Counted from the first letter of the stretch, positions 9,636 to 17,902 are shown. The stretch: 64,000 nt of DNA from Nanobdellota archaeon (GCA_021799535.1 JAJZAH010000002.1:80950-144949), one strand, 5' to 3'. Notes: generated by a model from the sequence alone, not told the origin. Translations and numbers: made by a program.

Positions 9636-9769
9636 GGCTACACAGATTTGAACTGTGGACCTCTGCCTATCTAACGATTGTCTATCTTAAGGGAAGATAG
9701 AGCGGTAGGAAACCGCCAGGCGTCCTTCGCTATCAGAGCAGCGCTCTAGCCAGGCTGAGCTATAGCCTC
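9633..9769 (-). tRNA. tRNA-Ile (anticodon GAT) with 62-nt intron at canonical 37/38 (intron 9669-9730)
   Basis: Manual fold: GAGGCTA/TAGCCTC acceptor, D arm GCTC..GAGC, anticodon stem CTGCT/GGCAG, loop CTGATA|A, T arm CACAG-TTCAAAT-CTGTG. BHB: central helix CTGA/TTAG flanked by 3-nt bulges. Confidence 0.85.
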
Positions 9770-9808
9770 ATGGCTTTGGAAAATAAAAGTTGTTTATAAG
9801 TTTTGTGA

Positions 9809-10390
9809 CTATACTGCCCTGCCGAGAAAGAATTCTCCCATGGTTTGTATAATTCCCGCATTAGATTTTTTGTTCAGGTTTTTTATCATGATAGTATCAG
9901 GATGATTATTGTCATAAAGAGGCCAATTTTCCAGGATAGGCGCATAACCGCGTCTTATAAAGAAATTTCCAATCCATTTCTTCTCTGATCTGTAATCCCA
10001 GATCACGGCTTTTGCTCCGTGCTTTCTTGCTCTTTTTTCAACCTGTTTTTCCAGGAAGGTTGCGCAGCCCGAATCTCTGAATCCTTTGAGAACCCTGAGA
10101 TTTTTCCCTTCATAAATCCATCCGAGCTCTTTACGAAGCTGTGAAATTACGTTTCCTATTACGGCACCATTGCTTTCCACAATTATACTCTGTTTATAGC
10201 CTGCTAAAATTTCATAGAATGCTTTCTCAATCCAAACTTCCCAATTTTGATAATCCAGCCCCTGTGGTCTCAGGAAGCTTATGAGTTTGTCGAGGGTTTT
10301 TCTGTCCTCAACTGGAATGAAATGAAAATCAACAGCCATAATGTTTGAATAAATTGGCTGTTTATAATTATTTATATCTTGACGCGGCAT
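9809..10390 (-). CDS. GNAT-family N-acetyltransferase
   Basis: ..AVIGNVISQL...LRVLKGFRDSGCATFLEKQVEKRARKHGAKAV...FFIRRGY resembles GNAT motifs A/B. Confidence 0.6.
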   Translation of the reverse strand: MPRQDINNYKQPIYSNIMAVDFHFIPVEDRKTLDKLISFLRPQGLDYQNWEVWIEKAFYEILAGYKQSIIVESNGAVIGNVISQLRKELGWIYEGKNLRVLKGFRDSGCATFLEKQVEKRARKHGAKAVIWDYRSEKKWIGNFFIRRGYAPILENWPLYDNNHPDTIMIKNLNKKSNAGIIQTMGEFFLGRAV

Positions 10391-10429
10391 ATTCCAAAGC
10401 TTTTTAAATGAAATATTTCTCTAACCTTC

Positions 10430-11002
10430 ATGACGAAGGGAATGTATCATTACATAAGGGAGGCGTGGAAGAAGCCCGATGCTAAGACCCTTAGAGAAAG
10501 AATGACTGAATGGAGGAAGGAGGAGGTGTTCACGAAAGTTGATAAGCCGTTGAGGCTTGACCGTGCGAGGAGCTTGGGTTACAAGGACAAAAAAGGTTTT
10601 GTAATAATAAGAGTAAGAGTCAGAAGGGGGGGTCACAAAAGACCAAGACCGAATAAAGGAAGAAGATCGAAGAGACTTCATATAAATAAAAATCTCAAGA
10701 TGAGCTATAAGTGGATTGCGGAAGAGAGGGTTTCTAAAAAATTTCCCAACCTTGGTGTTTTGAACTCTTACAACATTGGAAAAGACGGAGTAAGCTATTT
10801 CTTTGAGGTTATATGCGTTGATCCTTCAAGGCCAGAGATAAAAAATGATAAAACTCTTAAATGGATGGTTGAATCGGGAAATAGGAACAGACCTGAAAGG
10901 GGACTCACTTCAGCAGGAAAAAGATCGAGGGGTCTTTGGAATAAGAACCCAACCATTAAAGTAAGGCCATCGGTAAGTGCAGGGATGGGAAGGGGGAAAT
11001 AA
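10430..11002 (+). CDS. rpl15e: 50S ribosomal protein L15e
   Basis: MTKGMYHYIREAWKKPD...RVRVRRGGHKRPRPNKGRR is the L15e signature. Confidence 0.9.
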   Translation: MTKGMYHYIREAWKKPDAKTLRERMTEWRKEEVFTKVDKPLRLDRARSLGYKDKKGFVIIRVRVRRGGHKRPRPNKGRRSKRLHINKNLKMSYKWIAEERVSKKFPNLGVLNSYNIGKDGVSYFFEVICVDPSRPEIKNDKTLKWMVESGNRNRPERGLTSAGKRSRGLWNKNPTIKVRPSVSAGMGRGK

Positions 11003-11011
11003 TCCCTTACC

Positions 11012-11782
11012 CTATTCACATTCCAAGATCATTGGCAGATGATCCGAGACTCTGACCTTTGGAACACTGAAATGTCTGGCCAGGATATCTTTTGATACAA
11101 GAGTATAATCTGCAAATTTATCCTGTTTTGAATAAGGATAAAGCCCGCTCCTCGTCGTTTTTACCCTTTTTTCCTTTATCAGGTTTATCATGCCTTTCTC
11201 GAGTATGTGCAGACTATCTGTTTCCGGATGAAGATTTAAGTCTCCCATAAGGATTTTTTTGCCTTTTTCTTTGTCAAGAAAGTTCTTCACTTTCATGGAC
11301 TGTCTTATCCTGTCTGGACTGTCTAATTTGTCTTTTCCGTTAAACAGGCCGTGAAAATGTGCTATAAGATATTTTTTTCCGTGATGAGATATGCGAGCGT
11401 ACTGAAGGTTCCTGGGCAAAGTTGCGGGATCATTTTTCACTCCGTCTCTTTTTCCGAATATAAAAAAATCTTTAATTTCTTTCACATTGATAATCTTTCT
11501 TATGAATAAAGCTATTCCCCATGTAATGTCAAAATCAGTATGACTCTTGAATCCGAAATTTTTTTGAATTGGTGCGAAATATCCTTTATGTTCCGGAAGA
11601 GTTTTTTGGATTTCTTTGAAGATGTTTGCCCTGTAAAATTTGTCAATTAATCTCCTCTTTGTACCGGTACTGAATACTTCCTGAAAGCAAAAAACATCTG
11701 TGTTTTTTGAGTATTTTGATATAAATTCTATCAAGGAGCGATATCTTCTGCCCCCCCAGATGTTTAATGAAATCACTCTCAT
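11012..11782 (-). CDS. endonuclease/exonuclease/phosphatase (EEP) family protein
   Basis: MRVISLNIWGG...DVFCFQEV...GDLNL...SDHLP, the EEP catalytic motifs. Confidence 0.7.
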   Translation of the reverse strand: MRVISLNIWGGRRYRSLIEFISKYSKNTDVFCFQEVFSTGTKRRLIDKFYRANIFKEIQKTLPEHKGYFAPIQKNFGFKSHTDFDITWGIALFIRKIINVKEIKDFFIFGKRDGVKNDPATLPRNLQYARISHHGKKYLIAHFHGLFNGKDKLDSPDRIRQSMKVKNFLDKEKGKKILMGDLNLHPETDSLHILEKGMINLIKEKRVKTTRSGLYPYSKQDKFADYTLVSKDILARHFSVPKVRVSDHLPMILECE

Positions 11783-11827
11783 TGTATAAAAAAGAAAAGG
11801 GCCTTTTTATTTACTTCTGGTTCTTAA

Positions 11828-12187
11828 TCACTCAACAAGAATCCCGTTAATGTTTCCTTCCTGTGTTGGTCTGTTCGTAACTTTGACTTTTCCAATTTCA
11901 GTCTCCACAATTGTCCCTTTAGTTATAATGTTTTGTCTTGCGAGAAATCTGTTCGACGGAGTCTCGATGACGTTTTTTATCTCAAGCTTCTTTTTTTTGT
12001 CTTTTACTTGGACGTTTATTGTGTTTGCTCTTAACATGAACACTTTCTCATTCCCGCCTCTTGTCCTCACCTTCTTTCTTTTATCCGGTCCGAGCTTTAC
12101 AAGTCTTCTTTGCCCAGCTCTTTCGTATTTCTTTTTCTTCCTTATGCTAACATACTTTCCGCCTGTTGTTTTTTTCCCAGATCTCAT
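11828..12187 (-). CDS. rps8e: 30S ribosomal protein S8e
   Basis: MRSGKKTTGGKY...KLGPDKRKKVRTRGGNEKV..L....NV. Confidence 0.9.
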   Translation of the reverse strand: MRSGKKTTGGKYVSIRKKKKYERAGQRRLVKLGPDKRKKVRTRGGNEKVFMLRANTINVQVKDKKKKLEIKNVIETPSNRFLARQNIITKGTIVETEIGKVKVTNRPTQEGNINGILVE

Positions 12188-12282
12188 TTTCTTATATACT
12201 CTTTCCTGATTTTTTATTTATAAAGTTTCCTGTTGATGTTTTTCGTTTTTTTAATTGATTTTGGTGATGCAAGATAAAAAAA

Positions 12283-12290
12283 TTTATAAA
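12283..12290 (+). promoter_or_regulatory. TATA box (TTTATAAA) for the Sm-like protein gene
   Basis: Starts 29 nt upstream of ATG 12312. Confidence 0.6.
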
Positions 12291-12311
12291 CGAAGATGCA
12301 ACAAATAGAAT

Positions 12312-12557
12312 ATGGTTAACGGAATTGAAAGACCATTGGATTTGCTAAACACCTCCAAGGGTAAAGAAGTTTTGGTCCGATTGAAGGGCGACAAAGAGTT
12401 TGTAGGAACTCTTTTAGCTTTTGATATCCACATCAATCTGGTGATGGATAACGTGAAAGAGATGGAAAATGGGGTCCACAGAAAAAGTCTCGGATTGACT
12501 TTTTTGAGAGGAGACACTATCATCTACATTTCGCCTGCTTCAACCGCACTTAAGTAA
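12312..12557 (+). CDS. Sm-like (LSm/SmAP) RNA-binding protein
   Basis: RPLDLLNTSKGKEVLVRLKGDKEFVGTLLAFDIHINLVMDNV...FLRGDTIIYISP (Sm1+Sm2 motifs). TTTATAAA box 29 nt upstream. Confidence 0.85.
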   Translation: MVNGIERPLDLLNTSKGKEVLVRLKGDKEFVGTLLAFDIHINLVMDNVKEMENGVHRKSLGLTFLRGDTIIYISPASTALK

Positions 12558-12660
12558 TTGGCGTTCATCCTCGTATTTTTCGCCGGGGAAGAATTCTTGA
12601 TTATTTGCTTAGCTTCTGCTCCGGAAAAAGTATTTAAAACCGGCTTGCTTGTAGAAGTGC

Positions 12661-12852
12661 ATGGGTGAACTGATATCTAATTTTATGATTGATATGAGGC
12701 AGGTATTTTTTGTCTTGGGGATTTTGCTTTTCATTATATCTTATGTCAAAGATAGCCTTGATTTTTACGGTTATTACTTCATATTTGGGGTCATATCTGT
12801 AGTGGTTTCTTTTGTATGTTACATCCTTTACTTTAGCAAGAAACTTAACTAG
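12661..12852 (+). CDS. small membrane protein (63 aa, two predicted TM helices)
   Basis: Hydrophobic ORF. ATTTAAAA box 29 nt upstream (12632) supports expression. Confidence 0.45.
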   Translation: MGELISNFMIDMRQVFFVLGILLFIISYVKDSLDFYGYYFIFGVISVVVSFVCYILYFSKKLN

Positions 12853-12888
12853 GCACAATTATTAAAACTCTTCTTTCCTGCTTAAGAA

Positions 12889-13794
12889 ATGGCAAGCGAG
12901 GTAAATGTTACTTTTTTGGGAACAGGCGATAATATTCCCAGTCGCACAAGGAACCATACTTCAATACTCCTTGGTTTCAATGAGGAGAATATCCTCTTTG
13001 ATTGTGGCGAGGGAACGCAAAGGCAATTCAGGAAAGCTGGACTGAACCCCTGCAAGATCACAAGAATACTTATAAGCCACTGGCATGGGGATCATGTTCT
13101 TGGTCTCCCCGGACTTTTGTCTACCTTTGCAGTAAGCGGATACAATAGGACACTTTTTATTTACGGGCCGAAAGGAACGAAAGATAAAATAAGAAAACTC
13201 TTGGAAGTCTTCAATTTTTATCTGAGCTATAGAATCGAAATTTTAGAAGTGGATTCAGGCGTGTTTTATAAAGGCAAAAATTTTCACCTTGAGGCTGAGA
13301 GAATGGAGCATGGGATCCCATGCCTTGCTTATTCTTTTGTTTTGCCTGGAAGCGCAAGGATTGACAAGGAGAAACTCAAAAAGTCAGGACTGCCAGAAGG
13401 TCCGATGTTGCAGAAAATAAAAGCTGGGGAAGATGTGGCTTATAACGGGAGAAAGTTCAGGTCCAAAGATTTGGTTTACAGGGAAGAGGACAAAAAGATT
13501 TCTGTAGTTCTTGACACGAAAGAGAATCCGAGAATAACCCCGTTTGTTAAAAATTCTGATGTCTTTATCTCAGAAGCTACATACTCAGGAGAGCTTGAAA
13601 AGGAAGCCGAGGAGCATCTTCACATGACCGTTTCTCAGGTCGCGCGTATTGCAAAGAAAGCCAAGGTAAAAAAGCTTGTCCTAACACATGTCAGTTCGAG
13701 ATATTCTAAGAACATGAGGCAGATTCTTGATGAAGCTAAAGAGACTTTCAAAGAGAGTTATCTTGTGAAGGATCTTGAAGAGATGAAGATTTAA
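12889..13794 (+). CDS. rnz: ribonuclease Z (tRNA 3' endonuclease)
   Basis: Metallo-beta-lactamase motif ISHWHGDHVLGLPGLL, N-terminal FLGTG. TATTAAAA box 29 nt upstream. Confidence 0.9.
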   Translation: MASEVNVTFLGTGDNIPSRTRNHTSILLGFNEENILFDCGEGTQRQFRKAGLNPCKITRILISHWHGDHVLGLPGLLSTFAVSGYNRTLFIYGPKGTKDKIRKLLEVFNFYLSYRIEILEVDSGVFYKGKNFHLEAERMEHGIPCLAYSFVLPGSARIDKEKLKKSGLPEGPMLQKIKAGEDVAYNGRKFRSKDLVYREEDKKISVVLDTKENPRITPFVKNSDVFISEATYSGELEKEAEEHLHMTVSQVARIAKKAKVKKLVLTHVSSRYSKNMRQILDEAKETFKESYLVKDLEEMKI

Positions 13795-14107
13795 CTAGAT
13801 TCAATGCTTTTTGCCAATTTTTCTACGAGTATTTTAATCTCATCCCTGCATTGTCGATGAAACTCCAATGACCTGCCTTTAGGGTTCTCGATGTCCCAGA
13901 GAATCACTTGTTCTTTTTTTTAATTTTCAAAAACCTTACTTTATCGTTATAAGGATCTAATGACTGAAAAGATTCGCTTGTCTTGTTTGCGATTTCTGGA
14001 GGGACAAAAATGCTATCCGTATCCATATAAGAATGGGAATAACTTTTTGATTCTACAAATTTCTCAGCCATAGCCAAGAGCAATCTTGCCCCAGCGGTTA
14101 TGCAAAT
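13791..14107 (-). pseudogene. remnant of a family-B DNA polymerase (C-terminal palm/thumb part only; frameshift in an A8 run)
   Basis: Own translation: ..ICITAGARLLLAMAEKFVESKSYSHSYMDTDSIFVPPE..FLKIKKKNK* (stop 13904-13906), then the +1 frame VILWDIENPKGRSLEFHRQCRDEIKILVEKL. Matches the PolB pattern (V/I)TAxGR-20aa-YxDTDS ... KK..(V)I ... (K/R)G.LE..R(R). DTDS codons lie within 14012-14029. No upstream exonuclease/motif A-B region. Confidence 0.4.
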
Positions 14108-14112
14108 AGAAA

Positions 14113-14484
14113 CTATTGGGTTAATCTTTGATACTCTTTAACTGCACGATTTTTTTCTTTGTTCTGTTTAATTTTCTCAACGAGCTCTTCAACGGGATGG
14201 TATTTTGTTATTCTAACTTGAATATAAACAAAAAATAACAATGAAAGGAAAACCATAAGGATTAACAATACAAGGACTATCCAATTAGGATAATTTTTTG
14301 TGAATATGAATGTATTTAATCCCAAGAGCAAAAAACTAGTTGTAATAAGATCAATTGTAAGAAAAAAAGATAGTAACATATCTTTTTTTAGTTCAGGTTT
14401 CTGTTCACTTTTCTTGGACCAAACAAGGTCTTCAATCCCCACCATATAATTAATTATTTTGAAGGGATATTTAATTCTATCCAA
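14113..14484 (-). CDS. membrane protein (123 aa)
   Basis: ORF with two clear hydrophobic helices. No family recognised. Confidence 0.45.
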   Translation of the reverse strand: MDRIKYPFKIINYMVGIEDLVWSKKSEQKPELKKDMLLSFFLTIDLITTSFLLLGLNTFIFTKNYPNWIVLVLLILMVFLSLLFFVYIQVRITKYHPVEELVEKIKQNKEKNRAVKEYQRLTQ

Positions 14485-14525
14485 GCGTTGCCTTTTTTGG
14501 AGATGTAATATACCCGTTCCGCGTA

Positions 14526-14605
14526 CGCCCTGACCAGGAATCGAACCTGGAAGTCCATAGGACCGCGGTCTCGAGCCGCGCGCAGTACCATTGTGCCATC
14601 AGGGC
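14526..14605 (-). tRNA. tRNA-Ser (anticodon CGA), class II with long variable arm
   Basis: Manual fold: acceptor GCCCTGA/TCAGGGC, anticodon stem CGCGG/CCGCG, loop CTCGAGA, variable arm GTCC-TAT-GGAC, T arm CCAGG-TTCGATT-CCTGG, discriminator G. Confidence 0.8.
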
Positions 14606-14627
14606 CTGTTGTTAAGAATAAATAAAA

Positions 14628-14702
14628 CGCCCGGGACAGGATTTGAACCTGCGACTTCCAGCTTAGAAGGCTGGCACTCTATCCAGGCTGAGTTACCCAG
14701 GC
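14628..14702 (-). tRNA. tRNA-Arg (anticodon TCT)
   Basis: Manual fold: acceptor GCCTGGG/CCCGGGC, anticodon stem CCAGC/GCTGG, loop CTTCTAA, T arm GCAGG-TTCAAAT-CCTGT. Confidence 0.85.
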
Positions 14703-14817
14703 ATGAATATACTTAATGAGTTTCGTTTAAAAGTTTTTAGTTTCAATAATATGCGGGCAATTTCATATGAATCTCAAATAAGTAAGTTATTTAAACGATA
14801 TTTGTTTTAATTTTGCT

Positions 14818-15612
14818 ATGGGGAAGGTGATAGGAATTCTTAGCTTAAAAGGAGGCGTAGGGAAAACTACAAGTGCTGTTTCGCTTGGCGCTGCTCTTGC
14901 GTCCTTTGGGAAAAAAGTGCTCTTAGTTGATGCCAATTTTTCGGCTCCGAACCTTGGGATACATCTCAACATACTTAACCCAGAGAAGACAATACATCGT
15001 GTATTAACTGATGAAATCAAGATAGAAGATGCAATCCATGAATTTGGGGGGTTTGATATAATCCCCGCGTCGGTTTATCCAAAAAAATCATTTGATCCTC
15101 TGAAACTAAAGGATAAGTTAAAAAAGCTTAGAGACAAATATGACTTTATAATAATTGACTCATCTCCTTCGCTGAATAATGAGACTCTTGCAGCTATGGT
15201 TTCTTCAGATGAACTTTTTGTGGTCTCGACCCCTGATTTTTCGACTCTGACTATGACGCTTAAGGCGATAGCGCTTGCCAAAAAGAGGGGGACTCCAATC
15301 TCAGGTATTATAATAAACAAGGCTTATGGAAAAAATTTTGAACTTAGTCTTGAAAATATAGAAAGGACGAGCGAGGTTCCTGTTTTGGCAGTTGTTCCCC
15401 ATGATGTTAATATCCTTAAATCTCAGGCACATTTCATGCCTTCTACTTACTTCAGGCCTAATTCGGACGCAAGCTTTGAATACAAAAAACTTGCAGCATG
15501 CCTCACTGGTGAAAAATATACCCCTCTTAGATGGAGAGAAATATTCCATAATATTTCCCCTAAAAGACAGGACATAAACCGTGAACTTTTTTATAGCAAG
15601 GTTTTTAGGTGA
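14818..15612 (+). CDS. MinD/ParA-type P-loop ATPase (second paralog)
   Basis: IGILSLKGGVGKTTSAVSLGAALASFGKKVLLVDANFSAPN; DSSPS. TATA-like box 29 nt upstream (14789). Confidence 0.75.
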   Translation: MGKVIGILSLKGGVGKTTSAVSLGAALASFGKKVLLVDANFSAPNLGIHLNILNPEKTIHRVLTDEIKIEDAIHEFGGFDIIPASVYPKKSFDPLKLKDKLKKLRDKYDFIIIDSSPSLNNETLAAMVSSDELFVVSTPDFSTLTMTLKAIALAKKRGTPISGIIINKAYGKNFELSLENIERTSEVPVLAVVPHDVNILKSQAHFMPSTYFRPNSDASFEYKKLAACLTGEKYTPLRWREIFHNISPKRQDINRELFYSKVFR

Positions 15613-15616
15613 GCTT

Positions 15617-16159
15617 CTAAATTCTTATCGGGTTCAGTTCCGGTGAGAAATCTGGGAATAAATTTTCTATGCTCTGTGTTAGTCTATAAACCGAAAACTT
15701 TGGCTTTGGAATTGCAAGATTTTTGAAATCAATCAAATACAATCTTGTATCTGGGCCGGTTTCCTCCTCGTATGGGAGTCTTTTCACAACCATTCCATTG
15801 CTTACTCTTAGAAAATGTAGTCTGTATTGGCCAGTCCCGTTAATTTGATCTAAGGTAAATCCTCCAGATTGGCGATTCAACGTAGTAGGCCTTACAAATG
15901 CTTCAATTTCCCCAGTTTTATCTTTTAATTTTATTGGAAATGGTAATGGATTATTTTTATATTTTCCAGAGTTGTCCAGCCAATATGCCTCCGGGAAAAT
16001 AAGCAGTTTTTCTATCTCAATGTCCTCTCTATTAGTAAGAAAATCTTGAATATTTAAGAAAGCATAATCTGCTGGCAATTCAGTTAATCCATTCTTTATC
16101 TTGAATCTTTCCCATCCTCTTTTGGCATTTTGAATGGAATATTCCTTTACATCTAGCAT
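15617..16159 (-). CDS. hypothetical protein (180 aa)
   Basis: ORF with CTTATAAG box 21 nt before the ATG. No motif recognised. Confidence 0.5.
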   Translation of the reverse strand: MLDVKEYSIQNAKRGWERFKIKNGLTELPADYAFLNIQDFLTNREDIEIEKLLIFPEAYWLDNSGKYKNNPLPFPIKLKDKTGEIEAFVRPTTLNRQSGGFTLDQINGTGQYRLHFLRVSNGMVVKRLPYEEETGPDTRLYLIDFKNLAIPKPKFSVYRLTQSIENLFPDFSPELNPIRI

Positions 16160-16347
16160 GATTTAAAAAAGCGGCACGATCTTATAAGCTTTTCTAAAGT
16201 AGTAATTATTTAATAACAACATTTTATGCCTTTTTGTTTTTTCTCTTCTTTTTTGTCTTGAAAATGTGGTTTTGTTAACAAAAAAATTTAAGGATTTAAC
16301 AAAACCTAATATTCCTTTTGAGGGTGGCCTTTGCGGTTTTTGTTATT

Positions 16348-16572
16348 TCATTCAATATATTGCATATCAACGAGGGCTGTATTGTTCTCTCCATCTGCCA
16401 TTATGTTTGGCAGTAAAACCAAAGCCTTTTTCCCAGTCACCTCCAAAATCTCAACTTCCAATTTGCTTGATCCGACTAGCGAGCATCCTTTTACCGGAAG
16501 GATGTGCCTCTCCACAAGCAAATTCTTGAAAAAAACTTTTTGCCTAAGGCAATTAAGTAATGCTTTTTTCAT
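16348..16572 (-). CDS. hypothetical small protein (74 aa)
   Basis: ATG 16572 lies ~20 nt after an ATATAAAA box. The track start 16590 is TTG. Competing plus-strand ORFs look like low-complexity artefacts. Confidence 0.3.
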   Translation of the reverse strand: MKKALLNCLRQKVFFKNLLVERHILPVKGCSLVGSSKLEVEILEVTGKKALVLLPNIMADGENNTALVDMQYIE

Positions 16573-16795
16573 AACCTGTAGATCTCGCAATCTTTTATAT
16601 TAATTCATCAAAATTTTTCAGTGAAGGCTCTAAGTTAGGATTATTTAGTTAAACTTAGTGTGATTAATCTAAAGTAAAACGGATATCGGGTTTTTATGAA
16701 TGAAAAGTTCGCCAAATCCTTCTTAAATTTTTTTTCAGTTAATGACTTATAAAAGAGACCCTTGGGATTTTGCAAGTAAGAGTTTTATCAAAACT

Positions 16796-16803
16796 CTTAT
16801 AAA
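16796..16803 (+). promoter_or_regulatory. TATA box (CTTATAAA) for tRNA-Gln(TTG)
   Basis: Predicts a TSS about 4 nt before tRNA position 1. Overlaps the 3' arm of a 10-bp palindrome. Confidence 0.5.
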
Positions 16804-16828
16804 TTGTTTTTCAGTTAGTTTTTTGTAA

Positions 16829-16901
16829 AGCCCCCTAGTACAGTGGTCAAGTATGTAAGCCTTTGGAGCTTAAGACCCAGGTTCGAATCCTGGGGGGGCT
16901 A
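16829..16901 (+). tRNA. tRNA-Gln (anticodon TTG)
   Basis: Acceptor AGCCCCC/GGGGGCT with the A1-U72 pair typical of archaeal tRNA-Gln, loop CTTTGGA, T arm CCAGG-TTCGAAT-CCTGG. TATA CTTATAAA at 16796-16803. Confidence 0.85.
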
Positions 16902-17873
16902 TTCTTTAAATGGATAATAATTCAATGCTTCGTAGAATTTGTGGTATATTATTGAGTCATACGAGATTATCTCGGGAAAGTTTTTTCTTATCTCTGACAT
17001 GAGATTGTAGAACTCATCAACGTCTTTTATTATGCACCTGAACTCGAGATCACAGAAACCTATTGTCTTTGTGACCGAAATCACGGGATCGAGATTTTTG
17101 AGGAGTCTTGTCAGTTCTTTCTCTTTCTCTTCAGTCAGATTCTCCATCTGTAAAAAGACTCGGTAATGGAGATACCCTAGGATAGGATAGTTTATCATTA
17201 CCCTGTAACCTAAGATTATTTTCTCTTTCTCAAGAATTTTTATCCTATTTTTCACCGCGTTTGGAGTCAATTCTGTCGCTTCAGATATATCAAGAAGGCT
17301 TTTCCTCGCATCTGAAGAAAGGATTTCTAATATTTTCTTGTCTGTCTTGTCAAGTTTCAAGATTTTCGGCTCGCCTTCCATTACGATTTCGTCTTCAGGT
17401 TTTTCTTTAGAGAATAATTTGGGTTTGAAATAATGGAATCTTGTTTCTATCATTATCACTCTCTTTCTCACGTATTTTGCGTAGCTTTTCATTATGTCAC
17501 GATATTTGGCTTCAAATGACAACACGCTTTCTGCCCATATTCCTGTGCAATGGTCGAATTCCCCATTTATCCCGACGTTTACGCCTACACTTTCGTGTTC
17601 TGAAAGATGTTTTATGAATTGTTTGGATTTCTCCTCGGGCATATTTCCGAATTTCAAATAAACAAGATAAATATTATATCCTATTTTTGACGCGTTGATG
17701 TCAGCGTAGAAGCCTTCTATAACTTTCTCTTTTTGGAGTTTCTCGAGGTGATATTTCAAGACCTGCATAGATTTTCCTGCCTTCTTCGAGAGCAGACTAA
17801 GGGGCATTCTTGAATGAAAATCCAAGTTGAATAATATCTTCTTATCAGTCTCATCAAGCGTGATTTCTTCCAC
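16899..17873 (-). CDS. Lrp/AsnC-family regulator with two tandem HTH+RAM modules (paralog 2 of 3)
   Basis: DKKILFNLDFHSRMPLSLLSKKAGKSMQVLKYHLEKLQKEKVIEGF and DKKILEILSSDARKSLLDISEATELTPNAVKNRIKILEKEKIILGY. GTG start 17873 lies exactly 29 nt from TTTATATA (17902-17895). Confidence 0.75.
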   Translation of the reverse strand: MEEITLDETDKKILFNLDFHSRMPLSLLSKKAGKSMQVLKYHLEKLQKEKVIEGFYADINASKIGYNIYLVYLKFGNMPEEKSKQFIKHLSEHESVGVNVGINGEFDHCTGIWAESVLSFEAKYRDIMKSYAKYVRKRVIMIETRFHYFKPKLFSKEKPEDEIVMEGEPKILKLDKTDKKILEILSSDARKSLLDISEATELTPNAVKNRIKILEKEKIILGYRVMINYPILGYLHYRVFLQMENLTEEKEKELTRLLKNLDPVISVTKTIGFCDLEFRCIIKDVDEFYNLMSEIRKNFPEIISYDSIIYHKFYEALNYYPFKE

Positions 17874-17894
17874 TATTAATTAATGAAATAATTA

Positions 17895-17902
17895 TATATA
17901 AA
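17895..17902 (-). promoter_or_regulatory. TATA box (TTTATATA) for Lrp/AsnC paralog 2
   Basis: The box 5' end at 17902 is 29 nt upstream of the GTG start 17873. Confidence 0.55.

Noticed and set aside
16266-16603. Plus-strand ORFs 16266..16529 and 16331..16603.
   Set aside because: They use TTG/other alternative starts and have Cys/Leu/Pro-rich nonsense-like composition. They overlap each other and a minus-strand ORF that does have a TATA box. The region is treated as degenerate or uncertain.
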